From the NCBI GenBank assembly GCA_965203555.1, contig CBDBCY010000004.1:2048001-2112000 (forward strand): a stretch of DNA of 64,000 nucleotides, read 5' to 3'. Every line of letters begins with the position of its first letter. Position 1 is the first letter of the stretch. The notes under the pieces are model-generated. The model did not search any database, was not told the DNA's origin, and was given only the letters and a program-made list of their open reading frames with translations. Below are positions 29,921 to 39,177 of the stretch, piece by piece. Position numbers and translations under genes: made by a program. This DNA is from Acidimicrobiia bacterium. GTDB lineage: Bacteria; Actinomycetota; Acidimicrobiia; Spongiisociales; ZC4RG35.

Positions 29921-31045
29921 ATGCGCATATCCAAAGTAACTCCAATCTCGGTCGCCTATCCCGAGCCCAACGATTCGGGCGCCACCCGGCACCTCACCTT
30001 TTGCCGGATCGAGACCACCGATGGGACCGTGGGCTGGGGAGAGGCCATAACCATGTGGCCGGAGGCGTGCCGGGCCACCGAGCAGATCATCTCAGGGATG
30101 GGAGATCTCATCGTGGGAAGAGACGTGGCCGACAACATCGCCATCTGGCGGGAGTTGCGCAAACACGCCTGGTGGTATGGATATCGCGGCGGGATTTCTC
30201 ACTTCGCCCTCTCGGCGATCGACCTGGCCCTGTGGGACCTGAAGGGGAAGGACCTGGGACAGTCGGTTCTCAAGATGATGGGCGGGCCCGTCCGGGAGTC
30301 GCTGCCGGCCATTGCCAGCACGCACGCCTTCCTGACCATGGACGAGGAGATCGAAAAACACGGACGGTGGGTGCAGGAAGACGGTTACCGGGGGGTGAAG
30401 ATCGGATTGGGCAAGGCGGGGATAACCCGCCTGGGTTACGACGCCAACCGGGACATCGAATTCATGCGCCGTCTCCGGGAGGCGGTGGGCCCCGACGCCT
30501 GGATCATGCTGGACCGCGGCGTCAATTGCACCTGGGACCTGGAACACGCCATCCGACTGATCAACGCATGGGAAGAGTACGGATTGCGGTGGATGGAGGA
30601 GCCCTTCGAGCCCCGCGAATACATCAACTACCAGAGACTCCGAGTCGCCGTGAACACCATGCTGGCCTGGGGAGAGCGGGAGTGGGACGAGGACGGCTAC
30701 CGCGAGGTGATCGGCACCGGCAACGCCGACGTGTTGGGAGTCGACCCCGGTCGCGTCGGGGGGATCACCGGCGCCCTGCGGATCATTCGCCTGGTGGAAG
30801 ACGCAGGAGTGTGGTTCAACGCCCATGCGTGGAGCGGCGCACCGGTGACCGCCGCCAGCCTGGCGCTGTCGTTCAGCACGAACCGATGCCTGCTGTTCGA
30901 GTTCAAGCCCATCGAGAACCCGATGCAGCATGAACTGGTCACCAACCCCTTCGTCCATGATCGGGGCACCGTCGGCATCCCGCCGGAGCGACCCGGTCTG
31001 GGCATCGACGTGCAGGAGAAAGTGATCCAAAAGTATCGGCTGTGA
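29921..31045 (+). CDS. Mandelate racemase/enolase-superfamily enzyme (probable acid-sugar dehydratase)
   Basis: G.VGWGE, SAIDLALWDLKGK, MLD, WMEEP, GE, GGITG, PGLGID; SD AGGAG. Confidence 0.88.
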   Translation: MRISKVTPISVAYPEPNDSGATRHLTFCRIETTDGTVGWGEAITMWPEACRATEQIISGMGDLIVGRDVADNIAIWRELRKHAWWYGYRGGISHFALSAIDLALWDLKGKDLGQSVLKMMGGPVRESLPAIASTHAFLTMDEEIEKHGRWVQEDGYRGVKIGLGKAGITRLGYDANRDIEFMRRLREAVGPDAWIMLDRGVNCTWDLEHAIRLINAWEEYGLRWMEEPFEPREYINYQRLRVAVNTMLAWGEREWDEDGYREVIGTGNADVLGVDPGRVGGITGALRIIRLVEDAGVWFNAHAWSGAPVTAASLALSFSTNRCLLFEFKPIENPMQHELVTNPFVHDRGTVGIPPERPGLGIDVQEKVIQKYRL

Positions 31046-31092
31046 TCTTGGCGGCGTGCTGAGGTTCCGATTGGTTCCAACATGGCGCCGGG

Positions 31093-31953
31093 TCAGGCGC
31101 CGCAGACGACCTCTATGTAGGCGGTGATTTCTCGGAACGTGACCACCCCCAGGGCGCGATTGGTCTCATTGGTGAGCACCAGGTAACGATGGCCCAGCTC
31201 GGCCATGACGCCCAGGGCCTCGCTGATTGGCGTACCGGGGGCGGCGGCGGCGATCTGGTGGTTCATCCAGTCGCCCACGGGCTGGTCCTCAAGGTCCTCC
31301 ACTCGGCAGGCGATCTTCCAGAAAATGTCGTACTCGGTCAACTCGCCGATCACCGCCCCTCGGTGGTTGACCACCGACACCAACCCGGTTTGCGCGGAGA
31401 TCATGGCCTCGATGGCGACAGACAGAGAATCGTCGGCTGTGACCAGCAGCGGCTCGTGGGCGGACAGCCCGGTGAGGTCCACGAAGTGCAGATTGTGCTC
31501 CGGGGACAGGTCGGGGCCCAGGTCGCTTTGGGATTCCAGGAAGGCCGCCGCCATCCGAACCAGGTCATAATGGGTGACGCTGCCCAGAAGGTCGCCGTCG
31601 GGGCTGGTCACGGGCAGGTTCCGGAACCGGTGGGCGTTCATAAGGCGCAGCGCGTCGATGGCCGAGGCGTCGTGGTCGATCACCATCGGGTCAACGGTCA
31701 TGAAGTTGTCAACCGGGGCGTCCCACATGTCGGGAGATCGCACCACATGGTTGGTGATGTCTCGCTCGGTGAAGATCCCGGCCAGCCCGCCTCCGTGGGT
31801 GACCACCGCGCACCCCGTGCGCTGGGCAGCCATGGCCGCCACCACCTTGCGAACCCGGCGGCCGCTGGGAACCAAGACGTTTGACGACAGCTTCATGCGC
31901 GACAGAGGCATTCTTTCGAAGTGCTGCACGATGTTGATGCTTGTCACGGTCAT
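31093..31953 (-). CDS. CBS-domain protein (two Bateman modules)
   Basis: GIFTERDI, FM.VDP, FRNLPV, GELTEYD, LGVVTFRE. Confidence 0.8.
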   Translation of the reverse strand: MTVTSINIVQHFERMPLSRMKLSSNVLVPSGRRVRKVVAAMAAQRTGCAVVTHGGGLAGIFTERDITNHVVRSPDMWDAPVDNFMTVDPMVIDHDASAIDALRLMNAHRFRNLPVTSPDGDLLGSVTHYDLVRMAAAFLESQSDLGPDLSPEHNLHFVDLTGLSAHEPLLVTADDSLSVAIEAMISAQTGLVSVVNHRGAVIGELTEYDIFWKIACRVEDLEDQPVGDWMNHQIAAAAPGTPISEALGVMAELGHRYLVLTNETNRALGVVTFREITAYIEVVCGA

Positions 31954-32023
31954 ATCCTCCGTTTCCGGCGACGTTCTCTAGCCTAGCCCGAATTCGCCGT
32001 TTGGGCCGGGGCGGCCCGGTCGT

Positions 32024-32606
32024 TCAGCGGCGCATCACCTTGGGAGCGACGGTGCCGAACTCCGACGGAAGTTTCAACACGGTCACGCCGCATTCCCGCA
32101 TGATCTGGACTTTCTCCGCCGCCGACTCCCCGACGGTCGACACGATGGCCCCGGCGTGGCCCATCTTACGACCCTTGGGGGCGGTGAGGCCTGCGATGTA
32201 GGCCACCACCGGTTTGTGCATGTGGTCCCGGGCGTACAGGGCCGGCTTGGGCCTCCTGCGGCCCTCCGATTTCGCCCACCATCACCACCGCTTCGGTCTG
32301 GTTGTCAAGCTCGAACAGCTTCAGGTGGTCGAGGAACGAGCTGCCATTAATGGGATCGCCGCCGATGCCGACACTGGTGCTGACCCCGATGCCGACCGCT
32401 TTGAGCTGAGATGCCGCCTCGTAGCCGAGCGTTCCCGACCGGCTGATGATTCCGATCGAGCCCCGCCGGTAGATGTGTCCGGGCATGATGCCCATCATGG
32501 CCCGGCCCGGGCTGATCACGCCGGCGCCGTTGGGGCCGATCAGGCGCATCCGGCGAGCGTGCCGGTAGCGGCGAAGGTAACGCTTGACTTTCAGCATGTC
32601 CTGGAT
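32024..32606 (-). pseudogene. mtkB: 5'-truncated, frameshifted succinyl-CoA-synthetase-alpha-like gene, closest in motifs to malate thiokinase small subunit
   Basis: [51 protein letters not shown]; +1 frameshift near 32244; then [22 protein letters not shown]; N-terminal CoA-binding region missing. Confidence 0.75.
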
Positions 32607-32729
32607 GAGGTCGGCGGCGGCCTGGGAGCCTTCGCCGGTCGGTGCTGGCGGATCGGCTTGATGGGCCACACGGCTCGGCTTGACAACGTGTCGCGGGTGC
32701 TGGCCGCCTTGGACGAAGTGCTGGTGTAG
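32607..32729 (+). pseudogene. 3' fragment of a class V alanine/serine-glyoxylate aminotransferase
   Basis: [21 protein letters not shown]...NV..VL.AL.E.L* matches the AGT/PucG C-terminus; rest of gene absent. Confidence 0.65.
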
Positions 32730-32825
32730 ATCCAGAGGAGGCGGATTTAGGCGGGTTGCATCGCGCCGCTCCTCCCACCGGGCGGTTGACTAAAGGGCGT
32801 CCGAGAAAGGGCCGGTTGTTCGGCG

Positions 32826-33683
32826 TCAGCGTTCCGTCTTGTACGGATTGAGGAGGTCGGTGAGGGTGTCGCCGAGGAGGGTGAAGACCAGCACCGTTAT
32901 GAATATGGCGCTTCCCGCTCCCAACGCCAGGTAGGGATTGGTGGAGACCAGGGTCTTGCCGGCCAGCAGCATGGCGCCCCAGGACGGGGCGGGAGGCTGA
33001 GCGCCCAGACCCAGGAAACTGAGGGCGGCTTCGGTTAGCACCGCGGTGGCGAAGGTGAGAGTGAACTGCACCAGGATGATCGAGGTCAGGTTGGGCAGGA
33101 GCGACCGCTGCATCAGATATACATGACTGGCGCCCAAGGCTCTGCCCGCGGTGATGAATTCGCTCTCTTTGAGGGAGAGGGCCATTCCTCGCACCAGACG
33201 GGCGAAGCGGGGGATCTGGACTATCCCGATGGCAATGATGGTATTGCGCAGATTGGTTCCCAGCACCGCCACCATGGCCATGGCCAGGATGATGGGGGGA
33301 AACGCCAGCAAGCCGTCGGTGGTGCGCATCATTATGGTGTCGGTGAGCTTCCCGAAGTACCCGCTGACCACGCCCATCGGCACCCCGAACACCACCGCGA
33401 TGGCGGTGGAGGCAAAGCCCACGTACAGGGAGACTCGCGACCCGTGGATGAGACGACTGAAGATGTCCCTTCCTATCGAGTCGGTGCCAAGCCAGAACTG
33501 TGCGGTGGGCAACTCGAAGGGATAGGCGACCACTTCGGTGGCGCCGTAAGGCGCCAGGAGATCGGCGAACAGCGCGGTCAGCACCAGTAGCGCCACCATG
33601 CTGAGCGTGAAGAGGTGGAGGGGATTGCGGACGATCCTCCTCCAGATCTTGCGTCTCTCCGAGAACTGTGCGGCAGATGTCAT
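32826..33683 (-). CDS. Peptide/nickel ABC permease (DppC/OppC-like)
   Basis: LGTD.IGRDIFSRL.HG.RVSL, PRFARLVRG, EAALSFLGLG.QPP.PSWG. Confidence 0.93.
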   Translation of the reverse strand: MTSAAQFSERRKIWRRIVRNPLHLFTLSMVALLVLTALFADLLAPYGATEVVAYPFELPTAQFWLGTDSIGRDIFSRLIHGSRVSLYVGFASTAIAVVFGVPMGVVSGYFGKLTDTIMMRTTDGLLAFPPIILAMAMVAVLGTNLRNTIIAIGIVQIPRFARLVRGMALSLKESEFITAGRALGASHVYLMQRSLLPNLTSIILVQFTLTFATAVLTEAALSFLGLGAQPPAPSWGAMLLAGKTLVSTNPYLALGAGSAIFITVLVFTLLGDTLTDLLNPYKTER

Positions 33684-33705
33684 ATCCGGGTTGGTCCTTG
33701 TGCGC

Positions 33706-34653
33706 TCATGAACGGGCGATCCTCGGGTCGAGCCAGGAATAGGTCAGGTCCACCAGCAGGTTGACGATCACGAAGGTGGCGGCCGAGACCAGCACGGCTA
33801 TCTGAACCACGTCGAACGCCCGGGTGAGGATGGACTGGATCATAAGCCATCCCAACCCCGGCCAAATGAAGATCTGCTCGATAACCACCATCCCTCCCAC
33901 CAGCAATCCGAAGTTGACGCCCACCTCGGTGACCAGCGGGATGGCGGCGTTCCGGAAGGCATGCCAGTAGTTGACCCGACGCTCCGTCAGGCCCTTGGCG
34001 CGGGCGGTGCGCACGTAGTCGGCGCTGAGCACTTCCAACATCCCTGCTCTCATGAACCGGGTCAGCCGGGCGGCGGTCACCGACGCGATGGTGAGCACCG
34101 GCATTATCAGTTGACTGAGGTGCTTGACGGGATCTTCTCCAAAGGGAACGTACCCCCCGGGAGGTAGAAGGGGGAACACTTCCGCCAGCAGGATGAGCAA
34201 GCCGATTCCCATCACATAGGTGGGCATGCTGAACCCCAGGGTGGTGAACACCCGGGCGATGTGGTCCACCCATGTCCCTTCCCGGATGGCCGAGATCATC
34301 CCCAGGGGCACGGCCACAATCACGGCCAGGAGTATGGAGAGAGCAGCCAGTTCCAAGGTTCTCCCCAAGGCGGGAAAGACCAGGCTGGACACCTCGGCGT
34401 AGCCGTGAGTAATCGACTTCCCGAAGTCGCCGCGGGCCAGGTTCCCCATCCAGCGCAGGTATTGGACGTGGGTGGGGTCGTTGAGGCCCAACTCCTCTCG
34501 GAGTGCTTCGTAGTCCTCCGGTGAGGCGTCGAGGCCGAGTGTCATGGCGGCGGGGTCGCCTGGGACCAGCCGGAAGATCACGAACACGGCGGTCGAGACG
34601 ATCCACATGACCAGGATCCCGTGCAACAGGCGGCGGGCAACGTATCTGGTCAT
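33706..34653 (-). CDS. Peptide/nickel ABC permease (DppB/OppB-like)
   Basis: PGDPA, GDFG.S, DYVRTARAKGL, HAFRNA, IEQIF.WPGLG; ATG 34653. Confidence 0.93.
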   Translation of the reverse strand: MTRYVARRLLHGILVMWIVSTAVFVIFRLVPGDPAAMTLGLDASPEDYEALREELGLNDPTHVQYLRWMGNLARGDFGKSITHGYAEVSSLVFPALGRTLELAALSILLAVIVAVPLGMISAIREGTWVDHIARVFTTLGFSMPTYVMGIGLLILLAEVFPLLPPGGYVPFGEDPVKHLSQLIMPVLTIASVTAARLTRFMRAGMLEVLSADYVRTARAKGLTERRVNYWHAFRNAAIPLVTEVGVNFGLLVGGMVVIEQIFIWPGLGWLMIQSILTRAFDVVQIAVLVSAATFVIVNLLVDLTYSWLDPRIARS

Positions 34654-35660
34654 GATCGAGCGCTCCAGTGGCTTTCGGCGCCCGGGTAATGGCAGGCCAC
34701 CAAGCTGTCGGAGACAGGCGCCAATGGGGGGTCCTGTTCGACGCAGAGTTGGTCGCCTCGCCAGCACCGGGTTCTGAACCGGCAGCCGGAGGGCGGATCG
34801 AGGGGATTGGGCAGGTCGCCGGTGAGAATTATCCGTTCCCGGGTCTGTCGACCCTGGGCGGCGGAGATGTCGGGGATCGCCGACAGGAGGGCGATCGTGT
34901 AGGGATGCTGGGGGGAGTTGAAAACCGCGTCCCGGGGGCCTTCTTCCACGATCCGGCCGAGGTACATGACCGCCACGCGATCGGAGACCTGGCCCACCAC
35001 CGACAGATCGTGGGCGATGAACAGATACGCCAGGCCGAGTTCGGTTTGCAGGTCTTCCAGCAAGTTGAGAATCTGGGCCTGGATGGAGACGTCCAGCGCC
35101 GACACCGGTTCGTCCAGCACCAGAAGAGAGGGCTCCAGGGCCAGGGCTCGGGCGATGGCGATCCGCTGTCGCTGACCGCCGGAGAACTCGTGGGGGAACC
35201 GGCGCAGGGAGTCGGGTGGCAACTGGACCAGGGACAGCAGTTCCGGGATCTTTTTGCTGGCCACCTTTTTGGAGATGCCATGGATCCGGAAAGGCTCGTA
35301 CAGGATCTGGCGGACTCTGAACCGGGGATTGAGGGAGGCGTAGGGATCCTGGAAGACGATCTGCATCTCCTGGCGCAGGGGACGCATCTGTTGGTGATCG
35401 AAGTGGGTGATGTCCTCTCCCGCGAAACTCACAGTTCCGGCAGAGGGTTCCAGCAGTCGGATGATGGTCCTTCCCAGGGTGGACTTGCCGCACCCCGACT
35501 CACCCACCAGCCCCAGAGTTTCACCAGGCTTGATGGACAGGGTGACGTCCTCCACCGCCACCAGGGTGGTGGCCTTCTGGGCGCCGCTGCGTCGGATGTG
35601 GTAACTGGTGGTGATGTCCCGGATGTCGAGAATCGGCTTCCGGGCGGCGGCGGTGTTCAT
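34650..35660 (-). CDS. Peptide ABC ATP-binding protein (DppF/OppF-like)
   Basis: GESGCGKST, FQDPYASLNP, FSGGQRQR, DEPVSALD, HPYT, GC.F.TRC. Confidence 0.94.
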   Translation of the reverse strand: MNTAAARKPILDIRDITTSYHIRRSGAQKATTLVAVEDVTLSIKPGETLGLVGESGCGKSTLGRTIIRLLEPSAGTVSFAGEDITHFDHQQMRPLRQEMQIVFQDPYASLNPRFRVRQILYEPFRIHGISKKVASKKIPELLSLVQLPPDSLRRFPHEFSGGQRQRIAIARALALEPSLLVLDEPVSALDVSIQAQILNLLEDLQTELGLAYLFIAHDLSVVGQVSDRVAVMYLGRIVEEGPRDAVFNSPQHPYTIALLSAIPDISAAQGRQTRERIILTGDLPNPLDPPSGCRFRTRCWRGDQLCVEQDPPLAPVSDSLVACHYPGAESHWSARS

Positions 35661-36667
35661 GTTGCTCTCCCGGTGAGCCAGGATGCCGCCTCCTCGGTGA
35701 AGTGACAGGCTGCCTGGTGTCGGGTTCCCACTTCCAGCAGCCGCGGGGAGTCGGATCGGCAGACCGAACGCTCCCCTCCGACGGCGCACCGGGGATGGAA
35801 GGGGCATCCCGGGGGGACGTTGGCCATATCGGGAGGCTGGCCGGGAATGGAGTAGAGTTTCGTCCTCTTTTGCGTGATCGAAGGAATGGAAGCCAGCAGT
35901 CCGATCGTGTAGGGGTGCCGTGGCCGGGAGAAGATGTCGCCGATGCGCCCTTCCTCCACGATCCGACCGGCGTACATCACTATCACCCGGTCGGCAATCT
36001 GGGAGACCAGCCCCAGGTCGTGGGTGATCAGGATGGAAGCCGCCCCCGTCTCCTGGCGGGCTGCCTTGAGGGTTTCGATCACCTGCGCCTGGATGGTCAC
36101 GTCCAGGGCGGTGGTGGGCTCGTCGGCGATCAGCAGCTTGGGCCGGTTGGCCATGGCCATGGCGATCATGGCCCGCTGGCGCATACCGCCCGAGTACTCG
36201 TGGGGAAACTGGTTGTAGCGCCGTTCCGGCTGCGGGATCCCCACCATGTCCAGCAATTCGATGCCGCGCCGGCGGTGATTGGACCTGGAATCGGAAGGAT
36301 TGTGGGTCCACAGAGCTTCCCGCAGTTGCTCCCCCACCTTGATAACCGGGTTCAAAGAGGTCATGGGATCCTGGAACACCATGGAGATCTCCTGTCCCCG
36401 GATCGCGCGGAGGGCTTCCGTGGACAGGGGCAACAAGTCCTGCCCCTCGAAGAGAGCCCTTCCACCGGTTATCTCCCCGGGGGGTTTGGGGATGAGTCCC
36501 AGGATGCTCAGCACCGTCACCGTCTTGCCGGATCCGGACTCGCCGACTATTCCGAGGGTCTCCCCGGTGTTGAGGGAGAAACTCACGCCATTGACGGCAT
36601 TGATCAACTGATCATGGGTGTTGAACCGGACTGAAAGGTTCTCGACGGTTAGCAACGGAACTGGCAT
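35657..36667 (-). CDS. Peptide ABC ATP-binding protein (DppD/OppD-like)
   Basis: GESGSGKT, FQDPMTSLNP, SGGMRQR, DEPTTALDVT, HPYT, GCPFHPRC. Confidence 0.94.
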   Translation of the reverse strand: MPVPLLTVENLSVRFNTHDQLINAVNGVSFSLNTGETLGIVGESGSGKTVTVLSILGLIPKPPGEITGGRALFEGQDLLPLSTEALRAIRGQEISMVFQDPMTSLNPVIKVGEQLREALWTHNPSDSRSNHRRRGIELLDMVGIPQPERRYNQFPHEYSGGMRQRAMIAMAMANRPKLLIADEPTTALDVTIQAQVIETLKAARQETGAASILITHDLGLVSQIADRVIVMYAGRIVEEGRIGDIFSRPRHPYTIGLLASIPSITQKRTKLYSIPGQPPDMANVPPGCPFHPRCAVGGERSVCRSDSPRLLEVGTRHQAACHFTEEAASWLTGRAT

Positions 36668-36713
36668 CGGGATTGAAAGATACCTTGCTGGGCGAGGTTT
36701 GGGCGGTAGGAGA

Positions 36714-36750
36714 GGAGGGGCGGGGACGCCGAAGCGCCCCCGTTCTCCTC
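36714..36750 (-). terminator. Hairpin after the binding-protein gene
   Basis: GAGGAGGGCGGGGACGC ... GCGCCCCCGTTCTCCTC imperfect inverted repeat. Confidence 0.45.
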
Positions 36751-36768
36751 AGTTTGCGTTAGCGGAAC

Positions 36769-38655
36769 CTAGTTCTCTGACAGGTAGACGTCGGTGAGGT
36801 ACAGGGTTCCTTGAGTGTGCGAAATGAAGCCGTGGACATTGGGACTGTGGGGTATGGGGTTCAGTCGCCCTCCGAGGACGATCTGGGGTTGTTCCTCCAT
36901 GGCCCACTCCTGCAACTGGTATATGGCTTCCTTGTACTCGATGTTGGAGGCGATGGATCGGGCACTGGCCAGCAACTCGAAGAACTCGGGCTTGTGGTCG
37001 ATCCATCCCATGGTCTCAACGAAGAGCTTGTTGTAGGGATGGTTCAGCAAGTCGTACTCGTCCGGCTTGGGCACCATTGCGCACTGGGCCAGGTCGTACA
37101 GGCCAAGCTGGTCAGGATCATTCGTATGCGTGGGGAGCGTTCTGTCAACATAGGTCGCCACATCCATGATGTTCAGCTCGATCTGGATGTTCAAGCCGGT
37201 TTTCAGTTGCTCCTGAACGGCCTCGGCCAGCCAGGTGTGCTCGATGTTAGTAGCGCAAACTATCATCTCCCCGCCGTCGAAGCCGTCGGCATACCCCGCA
37301 CTCGCGAGAAGGGCCTTCGCTCCCTCGACGTCAGGAGCGTTGTATGAGGCCGCGTCCGGGTTGAAGAACTGCGCGTTGCTCTCCATGGGGTTGGAAATAA
37401 CCTGCATGTGGCCCAGCAGGGTTCGTTGCAGCGCAGGGCGATCAATCGCCATGCTGACCGCCTGGCGCACCAGGGGATTCGACCAGATGTCCCTGCGGGT
37501 GTTGACGTGGAAGTGATACAGGCCGGTGTTCCCCGATGGAGGACTGGCGATTACCATGCCCGCTTCGCTGAGGGCTGCCAACTCGGGCAACGGACCCTGG
37601 GCCAGCATGTGGACCTCGCCGGATCGAAGCTGAAGCGACTGGACGTTCTCATCAGGAACGGTGACGTACTCGATCCTGTCCAGGTAAGCCTCGCCCCAGT
37701 AGTCGGGGTTGCGCTCTATGACAACCTTTTGGTTTTTCTCCCAGGACACGAACCTGTACGGACCGGTGCCGGTAGGCGTCGCGTTCAAGTCGATGTCCTC
37801 GGCAGGCGATATATACACGTCGATCAGCGTGCTGTGCAATATGCGATCCGGCTCTGAGAGTCGAACCTCCACGGTGAGGTCGCCAGTCGCTACGACTTCC
37901 GCGACTCGAGTCAGCAAGGAAGCTGTCCTTCCCGCCCCGGGCTCCTGCGCGCGTTCGATTGAGCGAACAACGTCAACGGCGTCCAGATCCGAGCCGTCGT
38001 GAAAGACCACGTCCGGACGAATATGGAATTCATGCGTCAGACCGTCTTCTGAGACATTCCAGTGAGTGGCCAGCAAAGGCCTGATCTCGTAGGTGTTCAG
38101 GTCGAACTCAACCAGGGTTTCATACATGTTGGTGACGACGTTGCGGCCAGCTGTGGATCCGTACCGGTTGGGATGCATTTGGTTTGGATCGGCCGTTTGG
38201 GCGATGACGAGAGTCCCACCACGGGGAATCATCTCCTCTTCCATCGCCATGGTGGCTTCTTCCAACTCCTGTTCGGCCATGGCGGCTGCCTCTTCGGCTT
38301 CGGCTACCATCGCTTCGGCTTCGGCTGCCTTAGCTTCGGCTTCGGCTGCCTTAGCTTCGGCTTCGGCCAATGCTTCCATGGCTGCTTCGTCCCCTTCTTC
38401 GGCGGCCATCTTCGTGTCTTCCAGTTCCGCCATGGCCTCATCCAGGGCAGCTTGCGCCTCGGCAGCTTCCGCGGCCGCGGCCGCGGCTTCGGCCGAGGCG
38501 GTTTCGGCTGCCGCCTGTGCCTCGGCTGCCTGTGCTTCGGCTGCGGCGCGGGCTGCTGCTTCGGCTTCGGCTGCGGCCTCGGCTTCCGAAGTGTCCTCCC
38601 CACAGGCCGTTGCAACCAGGGCCAGAATGGCCAGCATCGCGAGTAGTTTCTTCAT
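36769..38655 (-). CDS. Family 5 (DppA/OppA) substrate-binding lipoprotein with a long Ala/Glu-rich N-terminal stalk
   Basis: MKKLL..LVATAC lipobox, ~125-aa EAEAAA region, YETLV, PLLA..W, FHDGS, GTGPY, VRQA...AIDR; SD AAAGGAG. Confidence 0.92.
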   Translation of the reverse strand: MKKLLAMLAILALVATACGEDTSEAEAAAEAEAAARAAAEAQAAEAQAAAETASAEAAAAAAEAAEAQAALDEAMAELEDTKMAAEEGDEAAMEALAEAEAKAAEAEAKAAEAEAMVAEAEEAAAMAEQELEEATMAMEEEMIPRGGTLVIAQTADPNQMHPNRYGSTAGRNVVTNMYETLVEFDLNTYEIRPLLATHWNVSEDGLTHEFHIRPDVVFHDGSDLDAVDVVRSIERAQEPGAGRTASLLTRVAEVVATGDLTVEVRLSEPDRILHSTLIDVYISPAEDIDLNATPTGTGPYRFVSWEKNQKVVIERNPDYWGEAYLDRIEYVTVPDENVQSLQLRSGEVHMLAQGPLPELAALSEAGMVIASPPSGNTGLYHFHVNTRRDIWSNPLVRQAVSMAIDRPALQRTLLGHMQVISNPMESNAQFFNPDAASYNAPDVEGAKALLASAGYADGFDGGEMIVCATNIEHTWLAEAVQEQLKTGLNIQIELNIMDVATYVDRTLPTHTNDPDQLGLYDLAQCAMVPKPDEYDLLNHPYNKLFVETMGWIDHKPEFFELLASARSIASNIEYKEAIYQLQEWAMEEQPQIVLGGRLNPIPHSPNVHGFISHTQGTLYLTDVYLSEN

Positions 38656-38793
38656 CTTGATCGCTCCTTTGTTGTCGGACATGTCCATCAGTATCGCGAC
38701 TGTAATAGCTAGACTAGAACTCTTCAATAGTCACAACCATCTGAAAAGTAAAAGAATTCTTTGCAAAACCGTTAATAGCCCTGCCCCTTTGCC

Positions 38794-38804
38794 AGGTAAG
38801 ACCT
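38794..38804. promoter_or_regulatory. Possible FadR/GntR-type operator in the divergent promoter region
   Basis: AGGT-AAG-ACCT palindrome, resembling GGT-N3-ACC sites, in an AT-rich 180-bp gap. Confidence 0.35.
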
Positions 38805-38838
38805 ATAGAAGATGTTTAAGATGGGTAACGGCAAGCCT

Positions 38839-39177
38839 ATGTCTGACTTTCTGAAGCGCCCCCGACTTCCCGCTGGCATTGACGGGTCTCGGCTTGATCT
38901 GTGGGAGGAGTTCCGGCGACGGCCCTTCGGCCAGCATTCACCTGATCTGCAGGCGCTGTTGGACTACATGCGGGGTGGTCCGATCACTGGCAAGTTTTTC
39001 CTGAAGCTGACCGGCCCTCATTCGGAGTGGACCCTGGCGCGGTTCAGCACCACCTACCCATTGACCACCGAAACTCTGCCCGAGCATGTCTTCACCACCA
39101 TCGAAGACGCCGAGTATTTTGTGTTCCGCCGCCGCTGGGAGGAGATGTTCGGCGCCGACCCGGGAGCGGAGTCGTGA
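38839..39177 (+). CDS. dmfA1: N,N-dimethylformamidase small (alpha) subunit-like protein
   Basis: EEF...P.GQHS..L..LL.Y.R....GK+, F.T..DAE..VF..R pattern; GTGA-coupled to the large subunit. Confidence 0.7.
   Translation: MSDFLKRPRLPAGIDGSRLDLWEEFRRRPFGQHSPDLQALLDYMRGGPITGKFFLKLTGPHSEWTLARFSTTYPLTTETLPEHVFTTIEDAEYFVFRRRWEEMFGADPGAES

Noticed and set aside
33706-36311. Apparent long N-terminal extensions or fusions of the DppB and DppF ORFs
   Set aside because: Extensions are off-frame reads of the upstream genes; ATGA overlaps define the real starts
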